From assembly GCA_964234715.1 (NCBI GenBank), contig OZ174275.1: a stretch of 64,000 nt of DNA. One strand, given 5' to 3'. The notes beneath the pieces are model-generated. The model was not told the DNA's origin, did not search any database, and worked only from the letters and a program-made list of their open reading frames with translations. How positions within the stretch are numbered: position 1 is the first letter of the stretch; each line of letters opens with the position of its first letter. Positions 25,881-38,988 of this stretch are shown piece after piece. Position numbers and translations under genes: made by a program. The DNA comes from Podarcis melisellensis (taxonomy: Eukaryota).

Positions 25881-26136
25881 GGGAGAGAGCCAGTGTGGTG
25901 TAGAGGTTAAGAGCGGTAGACTTGTAATCTGGTGAACCGGGTTCGCGTCTCCACTCCTCCACATGCAGCTGCTGGGTGACCTTGGGCTAGTCACACTTCT
26001 CTGAAGTCTCTCAGCCCCACTCACCTCACAGAGTGTTTGTTGTGGGGGGAGGAAGGGAAAGGAGAATGTTAGCCGCTTTGAGACTCCTTCGGGTTGTGAT
26101 AAAGCAGGATATCAAATCCAAACGCTTCTTCTTCTT
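25881..26136 (+). mobile_element. tRNA-derived CORE-type SINE with (CTT)n tail (Squam3-like)
   Basis: A/B boxes tggtgtag.gg / ggttcgcgtctcc, gggtgaccttgggc core; near-identical copies at 49033 and 56445. Confidence 0.85.
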
Positions 26137-26619
26137 GGGTGTGCGCAGACTCCTTGCTGCCCAAACGGTCTGCCCGCTGCCTCCCCCCAGCTGTAGGGCA
26201 GCTGAGTGGGAGGAGGCAGGCAGACTCTGGAGGCCCCATGGTGTACCCCTCCCCTATGGGCGGCTCACCCTACCCATGGGCCGCCGCAGGTGCCTGAGTG
26301 GACTTCCCCCCTGACGTAGCATCACCTTCCTCAAACAACCACACACTGCCCGTGGTTCTTTGAAGAACCCCCACCCCCCAGCATGCAAGCTCTTGGGTGT
26401 CCCAGTCACATGAAAGCCCTACGCCAGGGCAGGAACTCTTGTGTTGGGGTTTCCCTTCGGGCAACTGAGGCAACATGGATGTTTGGGGAAGGAGATGCAA
26501 CGTCAGGAGGCAGAGCTTGAAGCACCTCCAGGTTCCAATAAATCATGGCACAGGTTGCTGCCACAGGATGAAGTGCTACTTCAGTCGTTATGTGGAAGAG
26601 GGAGTGTAAGCAGGCACAG

Positions 26620-27050
26620 TGCAGCCCTATAAATGTTTACTCAGAAATGAGCTATTGAATTCAATGGGGCTTAGGATTGCAGCTACAGTCCTCTGCACGT
26701 TTACTCAGAAATAAGTCACACTGTGTTTAATGGGACTTTAACACAGTCCTGGCATTTGGGAGCCTTCTTATCAGTGCTATTCAATGCCATCCAGCTATTA
26801 AAGGCACAAAAATCCAGCTGGGAAAAGCTGGGATTGCTACAGAAGCCACGTCACATCCTCAGACCTCCCATTCCATTCAATTTTTAATGTAGATATCCTG
26901 ATAACAGCACCATAGGCTAGTGTTCAGATGGCGTTTGGAGTCAAATCTCAACCTTATGTATGAGATTTGCAAAGTAATCCTGTGCATATTTACTCAGAAG
27001 TATGTCCCACTGGGTTCATTGGAGATTACGCAGAAGTAAATGTGCCTAGC
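26620..27050. repeat. Three copies of a short interspersed unit (gtttactcagaa.taagtc.cactg..ttcaatggg); also near 4670, 9000, 44350-44630
   Basis: Recurrent motif; family not identified. Confidence 0.55.
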
Positions 27051-27158
27051 ATCATAGCAGGAGAGGGAGGTAATGAAGTTTCGGCAACATAATTAATTAC
27101 ATATTATTATTATTATTATTTGCAGAGCGGGGGGAAGGAACCCCAGTGTTAACAAATA

Positions 27159-27383
27159 CAGTGGTACCTTGGGTTAAGAACTTAATTCATTCTGGAGCTC
27201 TGTTCTTAACCTGAAGCACCACTTTAGCTAATGGTGCCTCCCACTGCTGCCGTGCCGCCGGAGCACGATTTCTGTTCTCATCCTGAAGCAAAGTTCTTAA
27301 CCCGAGGTACTATTTCTGGGTTAGCGGAGTCTGTAACCTGAAGCGTATGTAACCTGAAGCATATGTAACCCAAGGTACCACTG
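27159..27383. mobile_element. Tc1/mariner MITE copy 4
   Basis: TIRs and TA TSD. Confidence 0.88.
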
Positions 27384-27701
27384 TACCTTGCTTACATTCA
27401 CATGACGTGAATCTGGTCATGACAACAAACGAAATTTCTGCATCTGTTTCCATTTCTTATTGGGACTTTCTGTCCGATTTTCCTACTTACAGTACATTCA
27501 AAAACATAAACCTCACATTATACCATGAATAGAATTCCTACAGACACCTTCCATTCATGCATACAAAACAAACCCTCTGTTACAACTATGGAAAACTTTG
27601 GCAGCACCCTAATAACAGAACCCAACATCATCTCAGTCCATCAAAAGCCTGTGGGGAAAGTTAAGTCCTTACCTGGTACTGAAAAGATTACTGCAAATAT
27701 T

Positions 27702-27798
27702 GGTGTATCTGAAGAAGTGTGCATGCACACGAAAGCTCATACCAAGAACTATCTTAGTTGGTCTTTAAGGTGCTACTGAAAGGAATTTTTTTTTGTTT
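27702..27798 (+). mobile_element. Penelope-like element, single sense arm
   Basis: Same sequence as 8008-8092; 10-bp TSD tgcaaatatt (27692-27701, 27799-27808). Confidence 0.8.
27706..27741 (+). ncRNA. Minimal type I hammerhead ribozyme motif
   Basis: Identical 36-mer to 8008-8043. Confidence 0.72.
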
Positions 27799-28869
27799 TG
27801 CAAATATTATGTGGCCCTTGATGACAAGAAGGGCCTCACACCTGTATTATGCTTTTTATGGTATCAGTCAGATATGTTCTATGAACCCTCCTTTTACTCA
27901 TTGACAATCAGTATTAACTTCCCAAGACGTCGTAAGTCATAGCATAGGAAGGAAGTTTAGTTTAAAACTGAAAAGTCGTATAGCATTATACAGAGATCAT
28001 CTTAACAAACATGTAAGGAAATAGTGCCTTGTGTTCTTTGACATAGTTGGCAGCCTGGGTATATAAATTAAATATGCAAATGGAAGCAGCGTCACTTTGT
28101 CGTGGCTTTTTCTCAAAGCTCTTCAAATAGCCCCCTGGAGAGCATCACATTACCTGTTTTGTAATGCGCTATGGGTACATTATAAATCACAAATTGTTCT
28201 TTGCATTTTTATATAACATTCCCCCAAGTAAAGCCTTATGAATTTGCTTGGGCTTGCTAGGAAACTCTGAAGCATCCATCAGATGCTTGTAATTGCCCAT
28301 GGGAAGACTAGATTTACCAGTTTCTTGACTAGATTGATCTGTACCCAGAATGACAAATCCCGTCTTCCTTCAGAGGTGTCAACTTCACAGCCGTTGGCTA
28401 TAGTCTGGTAGCTGAGAACAAATCCCCATTTTAAAATAATATAAAGAGGGTTGGTGTGAAAATTACAAAATGTGAGCTACACAGCTATTGGTATGCAAAT
28501 CATGAGGATACCACAAGCTATAGTTCAGAAGGCCCAGAGTGACGCCATGTTGGTTGTTGTTTTGCTCTGTCTCCTGAGAAATGCTCAACCGAGGATCTGC
28601 CTAGGAATACAATATTTTCATTACTGAGATAGGTTCTCACTGGTTAAAACCAATGTTGCGAAACAAATTTCATGAAATAAATTTGAAAAATACCTCATTG
28701 AAAAGGATTCATTCTTTATCCTGTACATTTTGTTTGATAATATCTGGTACAAGTTTGCCAGCAATGGGGATTTTGTTTCCAGTGTGAAAAATTCACTAGT
28801 GTCACCATCACCATTTAAAATATAGTAGAAAGGGCTTTCCTGCCATCTGTCCATTTGAATCCTGGCCAA

Positions 28870-29738
28870 TATCGCCAGGCTGTGTGGGCGGGGCTTGGGA
28901 GCGGACCAAAGTGGAGCAGGCTTCACTCTGGTCCACCCCAGCCCTATAAAAGCTGGCTGCCCCTGACCCCAGGGACTGCAGTCAGCTGAAGAACATCTCT
29001 CCCTCCCTACCCTATTGAGTAATGCTTTGGGTTTTGTATGCTAACCTTTCCCTTCCAAGTCAAGAAGGAATTTGCCTGCAAACAGGTTTGCAGGTTTTGT
29101 CTTCCCCATAGCAATAGTCACAACTTTAGAAGATAAGGCATTGAGTGGAATCCTTTCAGTCTAGCACCATGCAGGGGGGAAGTGGTGTATCACCCCCACC
29201 TCAGGACTGTGCAATAACAGGGTACCCCATTAGAGGGGTCTCGTTGATCTCTGTCCAAAAGCCAAGGTGTGCAGCAGATGGGCCATAGACATTCCTTCAG
29301 CAGCTTGTGATGGCCATTCATGTAGACGTGCATCTTGCAGATGACCCATTAATCCTAGGCTAGACCCTGTCATTTGTCAGCCCTTCACCAGGGGAGCTGA
29401 AAGGGATATGCACCTGATGTCTAAGCCAAATCCAAACTACACCTGGAATCAAAAAAGTTGTGGACAATTTTTAAATTCCAGAATGCTGTCCTGTCCATTT
29501 TGTTCACCTTCACAGGAGAAAAGCCTTGCTCTCTGGAGAGGGGTCGCTGTGAGTGGGTCTGCAATAATTTCCACTGGTCCACTACAGTATGGCCATGCCA
29601 GACGGGAACATGGAGGAGGGCATGGAATGAAAGACTGGTTATACAGGATTGTAAAGGGTTTCAGAGCAGGCGAGGAGCCCACCTCCCCACACAGGTGCTA
29701 TATACTGTGTCCAGAATTTGTAAACTTTGGTATCACAA
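28870..29738 (+). mobile_element. Old solo-LTR-like element distantly related to 40735-41525 and 56047-57010
   Basis: GC box, ctataaaa, shared ggaattt...gcaat.gtcacaacttt segment; boundaries approximate. Confidence 0.35.
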
Positions 29739-31094
29739 ATGGGACATGAAAGAGAGTTGGCTATCGGCTCCATTTCCCACGATCTCACTTTAGGAGCTAG
29801 AGTAACAACCTCAGTTTGCTTCAGTACAGCAAGAAACAGCTCAGCTGGGAGCAGGCATTTAGGTAATAATGCGTTAAAAATGGCATATTTCCCCTAACCG
29901 CAGTGCAATCATCTGAAAAACATCGTAATCCCTGGCAGCTGCAAACTATTCTTTCTCAAATATTTTCAGCAAATCCCTTTTATTAATGAAAAATAAAGGC
30001 AGGCAGGGCTGTTTTGTACATAATTAGTTCGGCAAGCAGATCCGTTATTAATGTATATGTGTTCATACATTTCTCAATGGCTCCCAATTATGTCTTTGTG
30101 AGGAGAACCACTAAATCACGGTTATTCAAGGCTCCCGAGCTCATTGATTCACAGCTTGCTGCTCCGAGGTGGACAGCAAGGTCAGAGGTTATGGTTTGTT
30201 AAATAATTGCCCACAAGTAAAAATCCTGGCACACCTTTTATGAACAATAATTCAGATCCTCAAATGCCCCCGATGAAGTAGACATTTGCCTGTGAAAGCT
30301 ATGGACATAATAAATATATTAAGTCCACAATCCAAACGCCATGGCCAGCAGTGGTGCAGGCTTAAAGGAGCGGAACAACAATCACCGCATCCACAGCCCC
30401 ACCACTTGTTACCTAGGATAGAAGATCCTAGGTCAGATAGCAGGAATACTGGTGTAGCAGAAGCATCTAAGTGGAATGTAGACACATATAAAAAAACGCT
30501 ATGAAAATGCTATTAAAAAAGTTTTGAAAAATATATTGAATTTCCCATAGTTCAGCATCGCCATCTAGTATCACATTTGTATAATGCATTTCACAACACA
30601 CTTAAAAACATTTTATCTGCAGCTGTATAGCTGAGTCCCTAGATCAGGCCTAGTGCTGGCATGTGACAGTAGCAGGGACAGGTTGTCCCTATCCCACAAA
30701 ATGCCCATTTTAGAAGATTCTTCCAGAGACTTCTGGTGGCAATGCCCTCATTCCCACTATTTGGGAAGGCATATTGGCGCACTCCTTGGCAGCAAGGCTT
30801 CCTCTGCCACCGTTCTTGTGTTTGCTATAAGCATACTCACGTGGCACCTTCTCTAGAATCTTATATCAAGATTGTAATTTGCAAAGCACTGTCCAAATTC
30901 TCTATTGTCATGTTGCAATCAGTGCAGCCATTTCTTGCTTTGCTTCAGATACAGCAATACATAGAAACAAATTGAAGCTTTGTTTCTGGAGGGAGGGGAA
31001 TCTTCTGAATAGTTCAGGCATGCTGAACGCAGCTGGCATGATCCACAAGATCATTTCTTTGTAATATTTCCTCTTTAAAGTGATGTGGGTTGAT

Positions 31095-31323
31095 GGTAAA
31101 GGTAAAGGTACCCCTGACCGTTACGCCCAGTCACAGACGACTCTGGAGTTTCACGCTCATCTCGCTCTATAGGCCGAGGGAGCCGGCGTTTGTCCGCAGA
31201 CAGCTTCCGGGTCATGTGGCCAGCATGACTCAGCTGCTTCTGGTGAACCAGAGCAGTGCACAGAAATGCCATTTACCTTCCTGCTGGAAGGTACCTATTT
31301 ATCTGCTTGCACTTTGACGTGCT
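31095..31323 (-). mobile_element. Sauria SINE, 5'-truncated
   Basis: (ggtaaa)n tail and body homologous to 33256-33594. Confidence 0.88.
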
Positions 31324-33255
31324 CAAATCCCTTTCTGGACCTTAGTCTTCCAGGAGTCATTTCTTATGAGTCATTCATCAGATTCACCACTAACCCAAAG
31401 CACATATTCTCACGGGTAGCAGTGCAGTTTCAGCAAGTTATTTTACGAAATCCATGTTGGACTTTGTTGTGAGTCCCTCTAACAATCATGAGAAACTGGT
31501 TAAATCTGCTATCCCCTATCCCCTCCACAGCAGGGTGAAGGGAGAGTAAGCTTTCTACAGTGCTTAGTGAATGCTTATCTCTCTTAGTGCTTCCGTGGCT
31601 CTGCTTTTCAAATCTTCTTTAACAAATACACACCTCAGGCAGTGAGGATGCAGGCACCTGCCTAGTAGCTGATAATATATTACTGCATTTCAGCACATTT
31701 CAGAGTGTTAACATTGAGAGCACAATTATCAATTAGCACAGCTTACTCAATTTTGCTGGGTGGCTTTTCATTTTTATAACAGCGTAAGTGTATCTTACCA
31801 TGCAATCGTACACTTGCCTAATTGGGTAATATGCCTGTTCATGGACTTGCGCTCCTCTCAAAGGAGCAGGTGTACAGTCAGGGGGCAGTCATGCACCCAT
31901 TTTAAGTCACTGGAAGCCCAGCTTCGAAAGATAGACATAGCCAAGTAGCTGGGATGTGAGAGGTTATTTCAATAGGGGGTCTCAGGGACTGGGCAGAGGA
32001 GGAACGGTGGAGATAGCCTCCTCAGCCTGACCCTTCCAGAGAAGAAGGAGACAATTCAGAATTACAACAGAGGGTTGAGGGAGGTCACAGCTCAGACGCA
32101 GATGAAGTGAAAAGCTGGAAAATATTGGGAGAGGAGGAGGCAGAAGAGGAAGCACCACGGACTCAGTGTCTTTAAAAGCATTCCAGCCCCCCCTCCCAGA
32201 ACACAGCGGGCCTTGAAAGTAGGAGAGCAAAGAGCTCAAAGGCCGAGGGCACTTTCTAGCACTCTTAGCGATGATTCATGAGGAAGTGGGAGAGATGGAG
32301 GGGGTGGAGATTCACTCAGAGCAACGCCATTATTCCGAGAGGCCGCATTCCCAAGCCTCTTTATGTGAATATTGAATAAAAGAAGATGTTAAGGGCTTTT
32401 CCTTGTCTTGTCCGTTCCTGGCAACCCGCCGTGGGGGTTGGTTCTCTGCTGCCTGACAAGGGGCAAACTTTTTAAGTCTTCCTTTTGTCTCTGCTGCAAA
32501 CATGGATAGGGGAGTTTGGTGTTGTGCTATCTGGCTCTGCTCCCAATCTCTATGTTCAAAGTGCCTTTTTAAAAAAGCAGAAGCCTAAATGTTACCTGTA
32601 TCGGGGGGGGGGGGGCAGAGCGGGGAGAGGCTGCCATGGATCACATATCAGGAGACCACACTATATTCAGGTGTATTTGTATAGAAGGCACCTTTTTAGG
32701 TTTTTAGGTCTGTTTCCCTAGCTCCCTGGAATAGACACTTTAATTCTAATCCTGCCTCCCAGCTGTGCATAACAGCTCCTTGTTAAGTATTGCTTCTCAT
32801 GGAGAATTTAGATGTCCTTCCTTCCGTGGAGTTTTATCCCTGACATTGCCTTATTCATTATTGTCCAGGACTGAGAGGTCAGTGTATTCCATTTGGCACT
32901 CAAGAGTGAGAATGTTGCACTTTCCTCCCTGCCTGGCCCTAGATTCTGTCATGTCTCTGACCAGCTTCCATATAATTAAAAACCATATAGAGTTGTATCC
33001 AACGTTACATGAGCAAAATGCAGCTTCCTCCACCCAGTTATAGGCCATTCCCTCTGTCCACTGCAGCCCCCTATGACATAGCACACAGTGTTTGGTAGCT
33101 CCCCACAATCTCCAAAGAAGCTACAAGTGAGAGGTGCAGGAGGAGAGGGGGGAAAGGTAAAGTTTTGTTGCATGAGCTTACTTTCAAGTCACATGGCACT
33201 GAACGTAACCTGCCTTTCTTGTCCTGCTGATTCCAAGTAGGGTAGCCCAATGTTA

Positions 33256-33594
33256 AAGGTAAAGGTAAAGGGACCCCTGACCATTAGGTCCAGTCGTGGC
33301 CGACTCTGGGTTTGCGGCGCTCATCTCACATTATTGGCCAAGGGAGCCGGTGTACATGTGGCCAGCATGACTAAGCCGCTTCTGGCGAACCAGAGCAGCG
33401 CACGGAAACGCCGTTTACCTTCCTGCCAGAGCGGTACCTGTTTATCTACTTGCACTTTGACGTGCTTTCGAACTGCTAGGTTGGCAGGAGCAGGGACCGA
33501 GCAACAGGAGCTCACCCCGTCGCGGGGATTCGAACCCCCGACCTTATGATTGGCAAGTCCTAGGCTCTGTGGTTTAACCCACAGTGCCACCTGC
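33256..33594 (-). mobile_element. Sauria SINE, near full length
   Basis: Head and tail present; imperfect TSD agcccaatgtta/agcccagtgtta. Confidence 0.92.
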
Positions 33595-35372
33595 AGCCCA
33601 GTGTTAGGAGCAAGCTTTTGTAACATCTTGTCATAGAAGGTAGTGGATGGCTGCAGATCCACTTCCATTTAGGGGTTCTGATGACTACAGAAAAATATAT
33701 TGGACACATTCAGTATTCCTCCCAATATTTCCTGCTGGAATAAACAGTGACATGCCTCAGATTTATGTGCTCCCTCGTCCCATTTCCCTCCCCAAGCTCA
33801 GTGGTGGCGCTGGCCTTCCAGGATCAGATCAGAAGCTGGGATGGCTTCTGCAATTCTGGAACCGTCTGTGAAAAACTGGGACATTTGAAGGGCATGCCAT
33901 AGTGTGCCGTTGCATCTGAACTGAGCCACTCAAATCATAGTGATAGCCAGTCTCAGAGTAGACCCATAAATTTACTTTAAGTATTACTTATCCCCTTTAG
34001 TTGTTAAGAAACACTGAGCATTATATATATATATTATATATATAATCTCTCCCCACCTCTCCAGTACTGTGATTTAAAAATGAAATCAGGCCTCGAACGA
34101 GGAACATATCAAAATGAATAAATTGGAAGCACTTAGGAAGCAGCTTTGTGGTGTGACATCAAACTAAATTTTAATTACATTAATTATCTCTTTATATCCC
34201 TTGCTACACCAAACTCCTTAGGTAATTCGCTGAGTGTGTTGTTGTAGATTTGTGGGAAGCATTTTTGTTTACTTTCAGAATATTCATAGAGGAATACTTA
34301 ATAGCTCCAATTGTGACATATAAGGGCAGACTAGGGCCTCAGTCTAACACAGTTCTGTACCCATGCTTAAGCCCCACTGAAATTAAAGGAGGTTAAGCAT
34401 AACTCTATACTGGATTGTGGTGTATATGTAGGTAATGATCCAATACACCAGTAAATAAAATAGCTGCATTTTAGCCCATGTGATATCAAATTCCACATAC
34501 CTCTTACTCTGTTTAGGCATTATATGAATTAATGGAATAGAGGGAAGGATCTTGCATGCTTGACTTCCTCATGTTCATTTTAATGCTCGAAAGAGCCTTT
34601 GTGCACACAACTGCATAAGCAAAGGATTCCAGGTCCCTGGTCATTTATTCCTCATTCTCCAGGGTGAGGGATTGTCATAGGATAGTTACATGCAGGCCTT
34701 GAGCTAAAAGTATATTCATTCTGCTTGGGGGGTCACTGGTTTCCTTCCTCTTTTTGTGCCCACAGTTCAGAAGATAGGTTCTGTCTTAACATCCTGCAGC
34801 TTTATAGGATTAAAATAGAGTAGACGTGGATGTGAAATAATTATAGTTCCTAGGGCAATGCTTTCCTTTATCGAATAAAACAGCATTTCACAAAACAAAG
34901 TGAAGACTGAAAACAAGTCCTCATTCATTGTAAACAGGATTTGTTTAAAACTTCAGTGCGCAGACGACTGGGCTATTGAAGCCCAGCCTTTATTAGACTC
35001 ATTTACAAATTTCCTATTCTTTTGGCTAAGACAAGATTTTTCACACGCTCTCATTAAAAATGAAGCTAAACTGGGTTGCTGTTTTTACATGAATAGATAA
35101 CTCGCAATGTAGCAGTACAGTTCAAACCAATTCACAGGAGGCTGAGTTATTTCTAAAAAGATATAGGTTGAATAGCAGTAAGCAGGATATAAGAGTTCTT
35201 ACCATTGTGCTGGATCCATTCAGTGATTGGGAATGTGATCCTAATCATCTATGTTTATTGCTTATGATTAATCTCGTTCAACACACTATGGGTTATTATA
35301 TAACTATCCTTATGATTAATCTCACTTCAGTAGTTACATACCAGTCCTTCAAAATATTGTTTCTTTTTTCAG

Positions 35373-35492
35373 ATCACCTCTTGGTACAAGAAGAACATAA
35401 AGGATTATTTCCATAAGCAAAAGCTGGGGTCATCTTTAAAAGAAAATGAAGAATTACTCCAGGAGCACAAGGAAATGGAAAATAAGGTTAAA
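35373..35492 (+). CDS. CCDC141: CCDC141 coding exon (approx. exon 6), 120 nt, phase 0-0
   Basis: ttttttcag|ATC...AAA|gtaaga; ITSWYKKNIKDYFHKQKLGSSLKENEELLQEHKEMENKVK (frame not in ORF track). Confidence 0.9.
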
Positions 35493-35729
35493 GTAAGAAC
35501 CATCTTATCTAAAACATGCTCACTGTAGTCCTTCAATTTCTTACAGTGGACTATTGTATTGATATAGCAACACCTTTCCCTGAGGATTATCATTTCACTC
35601 ATTAAATCATGGGCTCTTCATTGCTTGGACTAATCTACACTGGTGAGTTATAACATTAAAAATACGTTATAAAATGTGACACCAGAGCAGCAATCCGTTG
35701 TCAATGGGATATATAGATATACATATATA

Positions 35730-35971
35730 CAGTGGTACCTCAGGTTACATACGCTTCAGGTTACATACGCTTCAGGTTACAGACTCCGCTAACCCAGAAA
35801 TAGTGCTTCAGGTTAAGAACTTTGCTTCAGGATGAGAACGGAAATCGCACTCCGGTGGCGCGGCAGCAGCAGGAGGCCCCATTAGCTAAAGTGGTGCTTC
35901 AGCTTAAGAACAGTTTCAGGTTACGTATGGACCTCCGGAACGAATCAAGTACTTAACCTGAGGTACCACTG
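35730..35971. mobile_element. Tc1/mariner MITE copy 5, inserted in a (TA)-rich tract
   Basis: TIRs and TA TSD. Confidence 0.88.
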
Positions 35972-37778
35972 TATAGATATATATATCAGGGTTTTTTATA
36001 CCATTTTTCTTAGCAGTGTAGATCCAGCCCTAGTTTATATGTTTTTGCCCAGTTTGGGAAGAATATGTATTTGCTCACGGTTTCTGACAAGTGGCAACCC
36101 CTCTCAAGGCAGGTCACTCTTAAAAACTATGGTGCTAAGGTTCCATTAGCAGACAAATTACCGTAATAGAAGGGGAAATATATGAATGGTGGTTAGCTAA
36201 ACTAGTTAAGAAATGCAAGCCAAAACTCAGTGTGTCACTGAGGTTTGGGGCTGCTTCCCCATTGCAAAAGAAGAATGCACACTACAGCTTCTTTACCTAT
36301 TACATATGGGGTGGCTGTTGAGAAAGTCAGCTATTTTGTTTTAAATAATCATTTTACATGTTGCTTTACATATTCCACCCACCCCCAGTTTTTTCTTCAT
36401 CCTTAGCAAAATCTTAGTCTCATGCTTCATTTCCATTTATGTATCCTTAAATTTCAAGAAGAAGAAATCAACTCTAAGAGTGTCTGTCCCAATGATGGCT
36501 TTTTAAGAAAATAAACATTCTGAATACAGCCCAGAAAGCTAAACAAATTTAAGTATCATTGACTTCAGTGGAAAAGAGTTAATCACTATAATTGGATACA
36601 ATGGGACTTAAAAGTCATTAACTTTGGCTGGTTCACACCCAGTATTTTTCTGCAATTCAGTGTGCATAGGAGCGCTTCTTTTTTCTCAGCTGCTTCATGT
36701 TTTTGAAAGCCTCACAGCCTCTTTTGAACAAAAGGGTCCAGATTTTATTTATTTATTTTTTTAAAAACCAAAGTATAATTTCACCCTGTCTGCACCAATC
36801 TTTTCAGAAGTGCCAGATCAATCAAGAGATCTACAAAGGGGCTCCATTTCTGTGCCAAATGGAATATTGAGAACTGCAATTTTAAAGGTTATTTACTGAG
36901 AAGGCAAAAAAGTAAAATAGCATGACCTGTCTGTGGAGAGACACTGAGCACAGGTTATGTATAATGCTGTGTGTCCTCAGAGGTACTTAGGTAGCTCAGG
37001 GAATCTGCAGAGGCATGGCAACATCAGGCTTTTTGCTGCTCTTGGTGGAAAGAAGTCATGACAGCGATGTCATGCCACAAAATTGCACGCAGTATTAAAA
37101 CAGTAATGTCTCTGGCTGCTGTGGATCCCTGCAGATGACAGCTGATCCTCTGTGCTAAGCAGCTCACTTATAGAAGTTCATCCTTGTAGATGAAATCATT
37201 ATCTCAGCAGTCCTGCAGAGAGGCAAGAAAAGGGCTTTGTGCCTGTGGCTTCGAAGAGAAAATTCCCCAGTGTACACAATGAACCATACCCACCAGGCTT
37301 ACTCACCACATAAACATTAGTGAGGCGTTCAAGGGACGGGGCATCAGATCCTGATCTTGATCTTTATACCACCCACCCCATTCCTGATGTAGATCTTCAC
37401 TCACCTCTTCTTCCCCGGCTGGGAGGGGACACCATTTGGTGGTTTGCCTCAGGCGCCAAAATGTCTTGCGTCAACCCTGGTCCTGCCTCTTAAGACACCC
37501 ATGCGCATGCTGGCTGTGCCCCGTGGCCTACGCAAGATTGGTGTCAACCCAAAGAGGGCCTTATACACATGTCCCTGTCTCTGAGGGACACCCCCCCCCC
37601 ACAGTTACATATATAGCACCAAATTCCCGAATAGGGATGGAAACCACGTTTGTGATATCTAGCAGACTCCTCCTTGCCAGCTTAGCATACTCATTGGCTA
37701 TTAAAGGACACAGAGGGATAAGACACACCACACATGGCTAATTCAGTTGCAACCACTTTTCTTCAACAGGGCAGAGAT

Positions 37779-37802
37779 TGTGTGTGTGTGTGTGTGTGTG
37801 TG
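37779..37802 (+). repeat. (TG)n microsatellite
   Basis: Direct reading. Confidence 0.9.
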
Positions 37803-38747
37803 TTGTTGTTGTTTTTTAAAACGTCATTATTGTAACCTTTCCTGTAGAGCTTCTTTCTTGAGTGCAGAGATCCAACATGATATACTGTAGTGAGTAGAAT
37901 GTTGGACAGGGACTGGGGAGACCAAACTACAAATCCACACTCAGATATGAAGTCCACTGGGTGACACTACGCCACCCTCCAAGGTACTGGGCAAGAATCT
38001 TTCCCAAACCTGACACCTGAGATCCTTTTAACTAGATCTGCCAGAGAATGGACCTGGGACTTCCCGCAGTACAGGAATCCTCTGTGCTTTTGACCTCTGA
38101 GATGGCAACCTTTCCATTTAGAAATCTTCTAACACCACCAATAAACACCAAAGTGCGTCAAGTTTACCATAACCCATACCAGCAAGAGAATATAATGGGG
38201 AATATTTCCTTCTTTATTGAACAGATTTATTTATTTATTTTAAAGCCATGCAAGACCCACAATGAAGTCACATAGGAATGAAACTGAGCCCTGGTGATCT
38301 TTGACCAATGTGTGGCTCTGATCCAGCAGATCTGATGTGATTGCAAAGCCCTCTGTGTTCAGGCAGCGTCTCCATATTCAGTGGGCGATCTTGGAATGCT
38401 TGCACACAAATAGCTCCCCTTCATAGGAAAGGGCAGAGGGTCACTGCGCTGACTGACTTTTGGACACGGTCCATTTTTAAGGAGATAGGATTACCATTAT
38501 TAGAATCAATGGGATTTAAGCATTACAGTAAAACACTTAGGCTCGTTGATTTCAAGAATACATTGGCATGCATAGCTTGCGCTGGATTCCTCAGTAGTGA
38601 AACTTGGCAAATTGTTGATAATTCCATTGTGTCAAATAACTGAATGCATGTGGTTGCATTTTAAATGATAGCAAGATGCCCATATGTTTGTTCCTAAGCA
38701 ATGTAATTGAATTTTGAGGGTACTGTCAACCATTCATAGTAGCACTA

Positions 38748-38988
38748 CAGTGGTACCTCGGGTTACGTACTTAATTCGTTCCGGAGGTCCGTTCTTAACC
38801 TGAAACTGGTCTTAACCTGAAGCACCACTTTAACTAATGGGGTCTTCTGCTGCCGCCGTGCCGCCGGAGCACGATTTTTGCTCTCATCCTGAAGCAAAGT
38901 TCTAACCCGAGGTACTATTTCTGGGTTAGCGGAGTCTGTAACCTGAAGCGTATGTAACCTGAAGCGTATGTAACCCGAGGAACCACTG
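38748..38988. mobile_element. Tc1/mariner MITE copy 6
   Basis: TIRs and TA TSD. Confidence 0.88.

Noticed and set aside
31955-32458. Possible additional solo LTR (purine-rich, AATAAA, ends cctgaca)
   Set aside because: Left boundary and TSD could not be defined; single copy in window.
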